Positions 7,755 through 15,252 of a stretch of 64,000 nt of DNA are shown here, piece by piece. Origin of the DNA: a virus; IMG/VR virus record IMGVR_UViG_3300036761_001580, positions 69,198 to 133,197 of that record. One strand, written 5' to 3'. Each line of letters opens with the position of its first letter. Within the stretch, counting starts at the first letter, position 1. The notes beneath the pieces were generated by a model, which saw nothing but the letters and a program-made list of their open reading frames with translations, was not told the DNA's origin and did not search any database. A program made the translations under genes and the position numbers.

Positions 7755-8336
7755 CTAGCGCGAAAGCGCCTCGTACTCTTCCCACGTATCGTAACGGATG
7801 TAATCGTCGTGTTTCATCGGGCCGCACAACTTGTCGAACGTGGGGCGATCCCACAGGTTCGGATGGTGGCACGGGGCCGAGTCGCTACGGGACGTCTCTT
7901 TGAACCCTCGCCGCTCCATCTCCATGACGAACGCGGATTCGTTGTCGAACGTGAGCATCCCCCCTTCCAGGCCGCAAACCATGTACTTGAGCGGGGTGCC
8001 TACGTCCTCCGGGAAGAGCATCGCCTGGCCGCACCCGACGTCTTTCATCCAGTAGCCCGATCCGTCCGATGCGTACCACACGATCTCCAGAAGCGTGTTG
8101 TCCGCCTTCCGAATGATCGCGTGCAGGTTGTTCATGCCGTCGAACCACCCGCCCGACTTGACGAACGTCGTCACCACCTCGACCCTGAACCGGCTCACCA
8201 GGGCCGGAAGCGCCCGCTTGGCGAGCGCGAGGTGGTACTCGACGAACGACTTGGGCACCATGCCGCCCATGAGTGCCGACTTCTTCATGTCGTTGACGAC
8301 TTCGGCCGGAAGCGTGCCCTTCTCCCCGATGCTCAT
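7755..8336 (-). CDS. hypothetical protein (193 aa)
   Basis: GC3-rich ORF; RBS GAGGAGGAC upstream. Confidence 0.65.
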   Translation of the reverse strand: MSIGEKGTLPAEVVNDMKKSALMGGMVPKSFVEYHLALAKRALPALVSRFRVEVVTTFVKSGGWFDGMNNLHAIIRKADNTLLEIVWYASDGSGYWMKDVGCGQAMLFPEDVGTPLKYMVCGLEGGMLTFDNESAFVMEMERRGFKETSRSDSAPCHHPNLWDRPTFDKLCGPMKHDDYIRYDTWEEYEALSR

Positions 8337-8373
8337 GTGGTCCTCCTCGGTTGTTCGTTTCCCCTGGCTGGGA

Positions 8374-8402
8374 ATGTAACCACCGGTTTCAGGCTGTCAA
8401 GT
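8374..8402 (-). promoter_or_regulatory. class A promoter cassette
   Basis: gggaatgtaacc ... tgtcaagtgc. Confidence 0.5.
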
Positions 8403-8403
8403 G

Positions 8404-8541
8404 CTACTCCGGGTCAATCCCCTCCGCCGCTTCCACGAGGTCCTCGACAACCTCGTCCACCTCTTTCGACGTGAGGTCCTCCGGGGTTTCCAAGGCCGCC
8501 GCCGCGCGTCGGAGCAAGGCCGCGAGATCACGAGGCTTCAT
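8404..8541 (-). CDS. small acidic protein (~45 aa)
   Basis: ATG 8541 placed 5 nt after TAG of 8544..8789; the track's longer N-terminus overlaps the upstream gene. Confidence 0.4.
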   Translation of the reverse strand: MKPRDLAALLRRAAAALETPEDLTSKEVDEVVEDLVEAAEGIDPE

Positions 8542-8543
8542 GA

Positions 8544-8789
8544 CTACACCGTCTCCGGGTCGATCTCGACGGCGACCATCTTGTCCCCGTACTCGTCCAG
8601 GAGCTTCGCCAGATCGGACGCGAAGCGGACCGACGCCGACTCGTCGGTCATGCAAAACCGGACGCGCCCGTTGCGTATCGTGCGGACGACGACGTTGTGC
8701 ACCTTGGACCTATCCGAAAGCGTCTGCTCTTCCTCGTACAGATCAACGTGATCCGTGTGAACCGTATCCATGATCTTGAATCCGTCCAT
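8544..8789 (-). CDS. hypothetical protein (81 aa); first gene of leftward early arm
   Basis: ATG 8789 with ACGAGGAGGACAAC RBS directly downstream of the divergent class A promoter. Confidence 0.6.
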   Translation of the reverse strand: MDGFKIMDTVHTDHVDLYEEEQTLSDRSKVHNVVVRTIRNGRVRFCMTDESASVRFASDLAKLLDEYGDKMVAVEIDPETV

Positions 8790-8828
8790 GTTGTCCTCCT
8801 CGTTTGGTCGTTGCCCTGCCTACCGGGG

Positions 8829-8857
8829 AATGTAACCATGGGGAAAAGAGAGTCAAG
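8829..8857 (-). promoter_or_regulatory. class A promoter (leftward member of divergent pair)
   Basis: ggggaatgtaacc ... agtcaagcccc. Confidence 0.55.
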
Positions 8858-8861
8858 CCCC

Positions 8862-8889
8862 TTGACCTCCGAAAACCCGGTGTTACATT
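8862..8889 (+). promoter_or_regulatory. class A promoter (rightward member of divergent pair)
   Basis: ccccTTGACCtccgaaaacccggtgtTACATTgggg. Confidence 0.55.
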
Positions 8890-8930
8890 GGGGCAAGGCG
8901 GCCAGACTACCGCACAACAGGGAGGACGAG

Positions 8931-9155
8931 ATGGCGGATATGAAGTTCAAGAAAGAATGTATCACGAGGAGCGTTTGCCCATACTGCGGGAGTCGCAACA
9001 CGAAGGACGAGGGTGAAAGCCTCTATGAGGCAAACGAAGAGGACATCAAGCTGTACATCTGCGGGTGCCACGATTGCGGAAAGGAATGGCGCAACGTCTT
9101 CCGCCAGATCGACGTGATCGAGGGTGACGTGTACCCGGAGGTTGACGAGCCCTAG
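8931..9155 (+). CDS. small zinc-ribbon protein (74 aa); paralog of 12117..12329
   Basis: RBS GGGAGGACGAG-ATG; CPYCG...CGCHDCGKEW motif; conserved 5' leader. Confidence 0.65.
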   Translation: MADMKFKKECITRSVCPYCGSRNTKDEGESLYEANEEDIKLYICGCHDCGKEWRNVFRQIDVIEGDVYPEVDEP

Positions 9156-9159
9156 GCAC

Positions 9160-9187
9160 TTGACAGCCACTATCCTGTGGTTACATT
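9160..9187 (+). promoter_or_regulatory. class A promoter cassette
   Basis: cTTGACAgccactatcctgtggtTACATTgggg; leader near-identical to 8890-8930. Confidence 0.55.
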
Positions 9188-9228
9188 GGGGCAAGGCGGC
9201 ACGACTACCGCACAACAGGGAGGACGAC

Positions 9229-9411
9229 ATGGGAAAGAAGAAATCCAAGACGTTCGACGTCACGATCCGGGCAACGATCACGAAGACCATCACCGTCGAG
9301 GCCAAGGACGAAGACGAGGCCTGCGAGATCGCGCACGGGGAGTTCTCGGTGCTGAACGACGATGACCCCGAGGATTACGACGAGGAAACCGTCAACGTCG
9401 AAGAAGTCTGA
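9229..9411 (+). CDS. hypothetical small acidic protein (60 aa)
   Basis: RBS GGGAGGACGAC-ATG; GC3-rich. Confidence 0.55.
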   Translation: MGKKKSKTFDVTIRATITKTITVEAKDEDEACEIAHGEFSVLNDDDPEDYDEETVNVEEV

Positions 9412-9412
9412 C

Positions 9413-9610
9413 ATGACGAAACGAGCACAAAGGATAATCATCAGTCCCGAGCAAGAGGCCAGGGACGAGTACCTCTCGGCGCTCGCGACCTACCGGGAGG
9501 TCCGGCACGCGCCGGGCTCCGAGGACGAGGCGATCCGTGCCGTGCGAGCGGTCATGGATCGGGCCTATGACCTGTACGTCAAGACGTGCCACCCGAGGAG
9601 GGCAACATGA
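9413..9610 (+). CDS. hypothetical protein (~65 aa)
   Basis: ATG 3 nt after the previous TGA; GC3-rich. Confidence 0.5.
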   Translation: MTKRAQRIIISPEQEARDEYLSALATYREVRHAPGSEDEAIRAVRAVMDRAYDLYVKTCHPRRAT

Positions 9611-9861
9611 TCAAGAAGAAGCCGGAAGAGACGGGGATCGAGTTCCTCCGTCGTCTCGTAAGCGTGGCGAATTACACGAACGAGGAGGTGTTCGACGATC
9701 TCTCCGTCGAGGAGACGATCAAGCTCATCCGCGCGTGTTGGGATTCCGAGTTCGACATCTACGCAGACGCACTGTCGCCCAGCGAGAGGGCTTTCGCGGC
9801 GCGGACCGGTAAGCTGTCGAAGAAAGCCGTTGACCGGCTCAACAGCCTGTATGGGGACTAA
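9607..9861 (+). CDS. hypothetical protein (84 aa)
   Basis: ATGA overlap with upstream stop; RBS GAGGAGGG. Confidence 0.6.
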   Translation: MIKKKPEETGIEFLRRLVSVANYTNEEVFDDLSVEETIKLIRACWDSEFDIYADALSPSERAFAARTGKLSKKAVDRLNSLYGD

Positions 9862-9877
9862 AAGACCGCGCAACCCC

Positions 9878-9905
9878 TTGACACCCCGCAATCGATGGTT
9901 AGATT
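9878..9905 (+). promoter_or_regulatory. class A promoter cassette (-10 TAGATT)
   Basis: ccccTTGACAccccgcaatcgatggtTAGATTagggg. Confidence 0.5.
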
Positions 9906-9940
9906 AGGGGTACGAGGGCAACGCAACCGAGGAGGTCGAA

Positions 9941-10258
9941 ATGAGATCCGAAATGAAGAGTGCCGGACGCGCAGCGGCGGCCGTTCCGTTCGAGAAGGTG
10001 GAGCTGTCGAAGACGCTGGAAGCCGTGGCGTTCGTCCAGGTGTGCCTGGGGTGCGCTTACGACTCTCTCAAGTCGGGTGAGGTCGAGGACAACCCCGAGC
10101 CGCCCATGGACCTGGAGGGGATCGTGGAGGACATCAATCACGCTTGCGAGAAGCTCCAAAGGGAGATCCGCAAGCTCGACAGGAACACGCGCCTGGCGCT
10201 CGACATCGAGGTGGATCACACCTACGATCTCGTGCACCGCAACAGCCCGACGAGGTAG
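9941..10258 (+). CDS. hypothetical protein (105 aa)
   Basis: RBS GAGGAGGTCGAA-ATG. Confidence 0.65.
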   Translation: MRSEMKSAGRAAAAVPFEKVELSKTLEAVAFVQVCLGCAYDSLKSGEVEDNPEPPMDLEGIVEDINHACEKLQREIRKLDRNTRLALDIEVDHTYDLVHRNSPTR

Positions 10259-10269
10259 GGGAGGACGTC

Positions 10270-10545
10270 ATGAGCGGTTTCAATTGGGCAGGGTTCGTTA
10301 GCGTAATCCCCGAGGACATCACCCTCGTGGGCAACGCCAGGGGCAACATGAAGATCCTGGCGCAAGTCTTGGACGAGGGGTTCGAGGGCATGAAGCCGAT
10401 CTCCGAGGCGCGCAAGCGGGTGCTCGTGAGGAGCATCGAGAAGTTCACCATGGCGGCGACCGAGCTGAAACTGCTCTTGGAGGCGTTCTCCGCCGATCTG
10501 GAGTGCCGCGAGGCCGGGATCGACCCCACGGGCAACGAGGGCTAG
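10270..10545 (+). CDS. hypothetical protein (91 aa)
   Basis: RBS GGGGAGGACGTC-ATG; the track's upstream 42 aa are an Arg-rich artefact. Confidence 0.6.
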   Translation: MSGFNWAGFVSVIPEDITLVGNARGNMKILAQVLDEGFEGMKPISEARKRVLVRSIEKFTMAATELKLLLEAFSADLECREAGIDPTGNEG

Positions 10546-10563
10546 AAAGAGCCGAGTAGCCTC

Positions 10564-10591
10564 TTGACACCCCGCTAGGGGTGGTTACATT
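10564..10591 (+). promoter_or_regulatory. class A promoter cassette
   Basis: cctcTTGACAccccgctaggggtggtTACATTgggg. Confidence 0.55.
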
Positions 10592-10638
10592 GGGGATAGG
10601 CGGGATGACTACCCGCCGGCAACGACAAGGAGAACCCG

Positions 10639-11082
10639 ATGGACGAGAAGACGAAAATCCCGATGGATCTGCGGATCTTCATCGACGATGAGACGGAGTT
10701 CTACAACGGCATCCCGGACGGGGTGGGCAAGATCTTTTCGGCGCACCTCTTCGACGCGAACCTGGACGTGCACATCTGCTCGTTCCAGGCGAACAAGGAG
10801 TGCTACTACATCGGCCACACGTTCACCACGACGCGGGATATGACCGATGAGGAGCTGGAAGCGGCGGACGAGTACCTCCGGGAAGCGAACCGCGAGGAGC
10901 CGCGCGTCGACTACTTCGACGGCAAGATCAAGGGGCACCCCTATACGGTCGAGCCGCGCCCCAAGGCAGACGACCCCGAAGAGGCGCAGAGGCTTTACGA
11001 AGAGGTCATGGAGGAGCACATCGAGTACCTCGTCTGCAACTCCGAGACATGGGATTGTCTGGTCGGAAAGCCGGTCGAGTAG
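10639..11082 (+). CDS. hypothetical protein (147 aa)
   Basis: RBS AAGGAGAACCCG-ATG; leader stem-loop GGCGGG-atgACTAC-CCGCC. Confidence 0.7.
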   Translation: MDEKTKIPMDLRIFIDDETEFYNGIPDGVGKIFSAHLFDANLDVHICSFQANKECYYIGHTFTTTRDMTDEELEAADEYLREANREEPRVDYFDGKIKGHPYTVEPRPKADDPEEAQRLYEEVMEEHIEYLVCNSETWDCLVGKPVE

Positions 11083-11085
11083 CCC

Positions 11086-11113
11086 TTGACAGCCGCTCCC
11101 CGATGGTTACATT
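11086..11113 (+). promoter_or_regulatory. class A promoter cassette
   Basis: cccTTGACAgccgctccccgatggtTACATTgggg. Confidence 0.55.
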
Positions 11114-11147
11114 GGGGATAGGCGAGAAGAACAACGGGAGGGACATC

Positions 11148-11645
11148 ATGGACGCAAGGATGAAGGTCGCGAACGAGCTGAAGAAGGAGATCCGGCGATC
11201 CCTGGGCAACTACCCCAAGGTGACGAAGGTCGAGGTTCTCGGCCTGGAGAACGAGGGGCTCATGATCGCTGTCCGGTACCACACGACCGACGTCGTGAAG
11301 CTGTACCTGAACAAGGCGGGTTACGCGGTCATGTCGGTCGTGGTGACTTCGGGCGGGTGGATCTCGAAAACGACCGCCGAGCGGATCAACGCGGTGCTCC
11401 GCCACTTGAAGACGGGGTTCTTCGTGCGGTTCACCTACAAGCGGGAGACGTTCGCACGGGGCACCATGGGCCGCCAGATGGGCGACAGCCTGTACGACCA
11501 GAAGTTCACGCTCGTGGGACAGGGGATCGAGATGCCCTTCGAAGACGGGATGACGTTCAAGCGGGGCCGGGACGGGTTCAAGCTCACGTACCCCGGCAAG
11601 GCCGCGCAGAAGAGGCTCGCGAAGGTCGTCGTCGCGAAGAGGTAG
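11148..11645 (+). CDS. hypothetical protein (165 aa)
   Basis: RBS GGGAGGGACATC-ATG. Confidence 0.7.
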   Translation: MDARMKVANELKKEIRRSLGNYPKVTKVEVLGLENEGLMIAVRYHTTDVVKLYLNKAGYAVMSVVVTSGGWISKTTAERINAVLRHLKTGFFVRFTYKRETFARGTMGRQMGDSLYDQKFTLVGQGIEMPFEDGMTFKRGRDGFKLTYPGKAAQKRLAKVVVAKR

Positions 11646-11654
11646 GAGGACGCC

Positions 11655-11885
11655 ATGAAGAAGGTTATCGAAGTCAGCAAGGCGACAAAGGGTCAGATCT
11701 CGGTGCGGCTCGCGTTGCTCCGAGAGCAGGTAGAGACGCTCCGCGAAGACCTCGTGGTCGAGGACAGCGACAGCCAAGAGGCAAGCGACACCCTGGGGAC
11801 CATCCTCGACCTCATGATCGAGGCCGAGGGCTACCTGGACGCGGACGATCCGAACCAGGCAGAACACCTGGAGACGGGCGTCTAG
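11655..11885 (+). CDS. hypothetical acidic protein (76 aa)
   Basis: RBS GAGGTAGGAGGACGCC-ATG. Confidence 0.6.
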   Translation: MKKVIEVSKATKGQISVRLALLREQVETLREDLVVEDSDSQEASDTLGTILDLMIEAEGYLDADDPNQAEHLETGV

Positions 11886-12073
11886 TGCCACTCTTCATAG
11901 TGACGAAAAAGGAGATCTGGCGGCAGCGTGTCCTCGTCGAAGCCGAAGACGCAAACGAAGCCCGGTACAAAGCCGAGAAGGGCGAATCCGAGATCCATGA
12001 AGATCCACAGTACGAGGATGACCTCCTCGACAGGTTGTGGGCGGTAGAAGAGATTGAAGACCACACCGCTTGA
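11886..12073 (+). CDS. possible small protein (62 aa, GTG start)
   Basis: GTG immediately after TAG; GC3-rich acidic frame; stop TGA sits inside the next -35. Confidence 0.35.
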
Positions 12074-12097
12074 CAGTCACTCAGGGATGGTTACATT
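12070..12097 (+). promoter_or_regulatory. class A promoter cassette
   Basis: cgcTTGACAgtcactcagggatggtTACATTcc. Confidence 0.5.
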
Positions 12098-12116
12098 CCA
12101 AGCAGGAGGGACGAAC

Positions 12117-12329
12117 ATGGCGAAGATGAACTTCAAGGACGAGTGCCTGGCGAGCGGCGGATCGAAGTGCCCGTACTGCGGAAAGTACAACACCTGGGAG
12201 CACTCGATCACGGACAGCGACGACGAGGACGACGTCAAGAAGGTCACCGTCGAGTGCCACGATTGCGGCAAGGAGTGGACCGCCACCTTCCGCATCGAGG
12301 ACGTGACCGAAGTCGACGAGGAGGTCTGA
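12117..12329 (+). CDS. small zinc-ribbon protein (70 aa); paralog of 8931..9155
   Basis: RBS AGGAGGGACGAAC-ATG; CPYCGKYN...CHDCGKEW. Confidence 0.65.
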   Translation: MAKMNFKDECLASGGSKCPYCGKYNTWEHSITDSDDEDDVKKVTVECHDCGKEWTATFRIEDVTEVDEEV

Positions 12330-12330
12330 G

Positions 12331-12525
12331 ATGGCAACGAAGAAAACCATGCCGAAATGGCTCCGGAAGCTCTCGGCCGTGCAGAGGAAGCACCTCGCGG
12401 AGACGTGCGACGACGGGGTGACGCTTCGAGCATTCTGGAACAACCGCCAGTACCAGAAGGATCACTACATCGTATGCCGGGAATGCGAGGACATCGAGCA
12501 CCGGCTGACCGCCGAGAAGAGTTGA
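12331..12525 (+). CDS. hypothetical protein (64 aa)
   Basis: RBS CGAGGAGGTCTGAG-ATG; CRECEDIEH. Confidence 0.6.
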   Translation: MATKKTMPKWLRKLSAVQRKHLAETCDDGVTLRAFWNNRQYQKDHYIVCRECEDIEHRLTAEKS

Positions 12526-12535
12526 ACCCAGCCCC

Positions 12536-12563
12536 TTGACAGCCGCTCCCCGATGGTTACATT
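12536..12563 (+). promoter_or_regulatory. class A promoter cassette
   Basis: ccccTTGACAgccgctccccgatggtTACATTagggg. Confidence 0.55.
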
Positions 12564-12612
12564 AGGGGTAGGAGAGGCGAGCTGACTACTCGCACTGAAC
12601 AAGGAGAACATC

Positions 12613-12885
12613 ATGGACCTGAACAAGCTGATCGAGATCGTGGACGAGGGATACCCGGACGGGTTCGTGAAGCGGTGCTTCGACAACCCGAAGAAGGACC
12701 ACGGGGATACCCTGGCACTCTTCCTGGCCCGAGAGGTCAAGGACACGTTCGACGCGGACGCGACCGACGAGGCGCAGGTAGCCGAGGCGATCCGCGTCAT
12801 GGAGATGGCCCGGCGGGAGCTGGGAGACGTGCTCGTGGTCCTGGAGCGAGTCAAATTCACCAAGACCGGCAACGCGGTGAGGTAG
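12613..12885 (+). CDS. hypothetical protein (90 aa)
   Basis: Conserved leader hairpin GCGAG-ctgACTAC-tCGC + AACAAGGAGAAcatc-ATGGAC. Confidence 0.65.
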   Translation: MDLNKLIEIVDEGYPDGFVKRCFDNPKKDHGDTLALFLAREVKDTFDADATDEAQVAEAIRVMEMARRELGDVLVVLERVKFTKTGNAVR

Positions 12886-12889
12886 TCCG

Positions 12890-13135
12890 ATGGGCGAGGC
12901 ACGACGCCGAGCGGCAACCCGAGAAGAGCGCGCAGCTCAGAGCATCGCGCGCAAGGCTCGTGCCGAGGAGGCCAAGCGGGAAGACGCGCACAAGTGGTGG
13001 GAGGGCCTGACCGAAGAGGAGAAGGAATCCCAGCGGAAGGTGTGGCACGAGAAGGACAAGAAGCGAGCCAACGCGCGGCTGGTCATGGCGGCAGCAATGG
13101 GTCTGTTCGTCGGGGCAGATAGGGGGCTGAAATGA
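12890..13135 (+). CDS. hypothetical basic/coiled protein (81 aa)
   Basis: RBS GAGGTAG; Lys/Glu/Arg-rich. Confidence 0.55.
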   Translation: MGEARRRAATREERAAQSIARKARAEEAKREDAHKWWEGLTEEEKESQRKVWHEKDKKRANARLVMAAAMGLFVGADRGLK

Positions 13136-13353
13136 AACTGTGCCGCGACCAATTCGTAAAGAATGCATCGATAGGCCCCGATGCCCTCGTGGAGTTCTAT
13201 TGCACACGGAAAGCCGGTCATGCAGGGAAGCATTCCTGTGAGGTACAGAGCCTTCGTAGGGAGTCCGATAAAGGCTGGGTAAATGACGGATTCCCAATGG
13301 ACGACGTGAGTGACGGAGAGGGCACGCGCAAGGTGGGTATTCTTTCCTGGTAG
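13132..13353 (+). CDS. hypothetical protein (73 aa); start of a lower-GC patch
   Basis: ATGA overlap; local GC ~52%. Confidence 0.5.
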   Translation: MKLCRDQFVKNASIGPDALVEFYCTRKAGHAGKHSCEVQSLRRESDKGWVNDGFPMDDVSDGEGTRKVGILSW

Positions 13354-13359
13354 TAGCCC

Positions 13360-13387
13360 TTGACAGCCTCTCCCGAGTGGTTACATT
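13360..13387 (+). promoter_or_regulatory. class A promoter cassette
   Basis: cccTTGACAgcctctcccgagtggtTACATTcc. Confidence 0.5.
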
Positions 13388-13404
13388 CCAGGTAGGAGGA
13401 CAGC

Positions 13405-13562
13405 GTGGACACCGAGAAGAAACGACGTGCGAAGAGTGACAAGCTGGCGCTCGAAGAGCTGGTCGAGGAGATCGAGCCGGTAGAGCCGGTCGAGAAGAGG
13501 GTACGATCCTGGTTGCCGAAATTGGGTGACGTCCTCAACCTCCAGCCGACGAGAGCAAAGTG
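13405..13562 (+). CDS. possible small protein (52 aa, GTG start)
   Basis: RBS AGGTAGGAGGACAGC-GTG; below ORF-track size cutoff. Confidence 0.35.
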
Positions 13563-13799
13563 ACTTTGAAAGTCAAGATGCACCGTATCGTCCAAGGAGA
13601 CGACCTCTTAGAAAGAGCAGAGAAGCTCGGGCTCCCCGACGACTGCCAGCTCGCACTCATAGACGGACAATGGGCTCCGGCATTCCGTTGGGTTAGAGAA
13701 TATTACCTCCGCCGGGGTTCGTCGGATATCAGAAGTACGGCATGGGTTCTTATCAACGCCCACATCATAGAAGAGTATGAAGTCGAAGTGCAAGAATGA
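13560..13799 (+). CDS. hypothetical protein (79 aa)
   Basis: Overlapping start with previous stop; lower GC. Confidence 0.5.
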   Translation: MTLKVKMHRIVQGDDLLERAEKLGLPDDCQLALIDGQWAPAFRWVREYYLRRGSSDIRSTAWVLINAHIIEEYEVEVQE

Positions 13800-14104
13800 A
13801 ATCGAACGAGTGTATAGGTTGCGGATTTTGTTGCCGCAAAAGTCCGTGCAGTTTCTACCAGCTCGAAGATTGGGCAGCGTGGCACGGGTGCCCGCACCTC
13901 TTGTGGGACGGCACTCGGTGGGTGTGCGGAAAGTACGTCGAAGAGCCCGATACGAAGGTGAAAGAGCGTATGAAATTCTATCTCGCATTCGGCGCGGGTT
14001 GCAACTGCAATTTGAACACGTATAGGCGCACTTGCCACGTCCCGACACCGGAGGAACTGAAGGATGAAAAAGCCCTGCTTGACCGACTCCACAAGACCAA
14101 GTGA
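13796..14104 (+). CDS. hypothetical Cys-rich protein (102 aa)
   Basis: ATGA overlap; CIGCGFCC...CNCN pattern; lower GC (moron-like). Confidence 0.55.
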   Translation: MKSNECIGCGFCCRKSPCSFYQLEDWAAWHGCPHLLWDGTRWVCGKYVEEPDTKVKERMKFYLAFGAGCNCNLNTYRRTCHVPTPEELKDEKALLDRLHKTK

Positions 14105-14333
14105 GCCGGTCGTAAAGTCTCCCGGGGTCAATGTGCCCCCGGAATTCAAGGTCTTCATGATGCTCATGGCGCGGTCGTTCTCCGGGAGTGACTCCGTCTC
14201 CACGGCACTGAACCAACTGAGAAAACTCCTCACAGACAAGCACGGTCCCGAGTACGCAAATGCTTACGTGTACGAGCTAGCGCAAGCCTACGCTTCGAGG
14301 CGCTCGAAGTTCATGCAGGATTTCTGCGGTTAG
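14064..14333 (+). CDS. hypothetical protein (up to 89 aa; start uncertain)
   Basis: ORF overlaps previous gene by 40 nt; an internal ATG at ~14157 is an alternative start. Confidence 0.35.
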   Translation: MKKPCLTDSTRPSEPVVKSPGVNVPPEFKVFMMLMARSFSGSDSVSTALNQLRKLLTDKHGPEYANAYVYELAQAYASRRSKFMQDFCG

Positions 14334-14337
14334 CTCT

Positions 14338-14365
14338 TGACAGCCTCACTATAGTAGTTATATTC
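14338..14365 (+). promoter_or_regulatory. class A promoter cassette (-10 TATATT)
   Basis: ctcTTGACAgcctcactatagtagtTATATTccc. Confidence 0.5.
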
Positions 14366-14412
14366 CCAAGTAGGAGAAGCGAGCTGACCCTCGCTGAACA
14401 AGGAGAAGATCA

Positions 14413-14508
14413 TGGACATCTACAAACGTCCCGATGACGATGAGGGCCCCGATGACGATGAATACGATGAAGACCGCTACGGCGACAATCACGAGGACGA
14501 GGAGTAGA
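14413..14508 (+). CDS. tiny acidic peptide (31 aa)
   Basis: Conserved leader hairpin + AACAAGGAGAAgatc-ATGGAC as at 12613; MDIYKRPDDDEGPDDDEYDEDRYGDNHEDEE. Confidence 0.35.
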
Positions 14509-14510
14509 CC

Positions 14511-14696
14511 ATGAAGAACTGTGACCGCTGCGGAGGGAAGCTGACGACGCTCTACATCCGGGATGCCTACACGGCCAAGGAGTGCTCCGAGAAGGGGCTC
14601 GATCCGAACGAGCCGACCGGCAAGGCCTGTTTCAACCCCGAGTGCCCGAAGCACCCGGACATGAAGGCAGCCCTCGACGAGCTGCTGGATCTGTAG
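14511..14696 (+). CDS. small zinc-ribbon-like protein (61 aa)
   Basis: RBS GAGGAGTAGACC-ATG; CDRCGG...CFNPECP. Confidence 0.55.
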   Translation: MKNCDRCGGKLTTLYIRDAYTAKECSEKGLDPNEPTGKACFNPECPKHPDMKAALDELLDL

Positions 14697-14705
14697 GAGG
14701 GCACT

Positions 14706-14993
14706 GTGGGAGAAATCAGATCGCAGCGAGAGAAGCTCCGGGACGAACTAACGCGGCAGCTCAACAGGGTGGGGATGGGGTTCGGTGACATGGGGCCGAC
14801 CTGCGTCTGCTGCACCGAGGATCTCATGAAGGATGGTGTCGTGCGCCTCTACGACGAGTGGTGCTCGTACACCACGACGTTCGAGGACGCCATCGACCGG
14901 CTGCGGCAGCTCCCGAGCGGTACGGGCGACAACACGGTCGATTACGAGAACTTCTGCGAGGCGTTCCGCACTCTGCCCAAGGAGGTGGATTGA
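14706..14993 (+). CDS. hypothetical protein (95 aa, GTG start)
   Basis: RBS TAGGAGGGCACT-GTG. Confidence 0.5.
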   Translation: MGEIRSQREKLRDELTRQLNRVGMGFGDMGPTCVCCTEDLMKDGVVRLYDEWCSYTTTFEDAIDRLRQLPSGTGDNTVDYENFCEAFRTLPKEVD

Positions 14994-15012
14994 TGGAGAA
15001 GGGAAACGGCTA

Positions 15013-15252
15013 GTGCCCCAAGCCATTCATCAGCCGGGCTGCTACTATCGACGCTACCTGCTCACCCCGTTCGTCCCGCCCGAGAGGGACAAGAAGGGTC
15101 GGTTCCGACCCGGAGGCCACGACTGCGGAGGGACGTTCGTGTGCCCAGGTTGTGGGCGCACGGTCGGGTGGTGCTACGGGTGCGACGACGAGCTTTTCGA
15201 GCTGTGTGACGACTGCTGGGGCAAGGCGATGAAGGAGAAGAAGGTGAGCTGA
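15013..15252 (+). CDS. Cys-rich small protein (~79 aa, GTG start)
   Basis: RBS GGAGAAGGG; the track's upstream 60 aa are an Arg/Ser-rich artefact; CGGTFVCPGCG...CYGCDD. Confidence 0.5.
   Translation: MPQAIHQPGCYYRRYLLTPFVPPERDKKGRFRPGGHDCGGTFVCPGCGRTVGWCYGCDDELFELCDDCWGKAMKEKKVS

Noticed and set aside
2960-14370. Regularly recurring ~30-bp repeats as a CRISPR array
   Set aside because: Repeats are promoter cassettes separated by 150-650 bp of protein-coding sequence with RBS and start codons, not 30-40 bp spacers. No cas genes are present.
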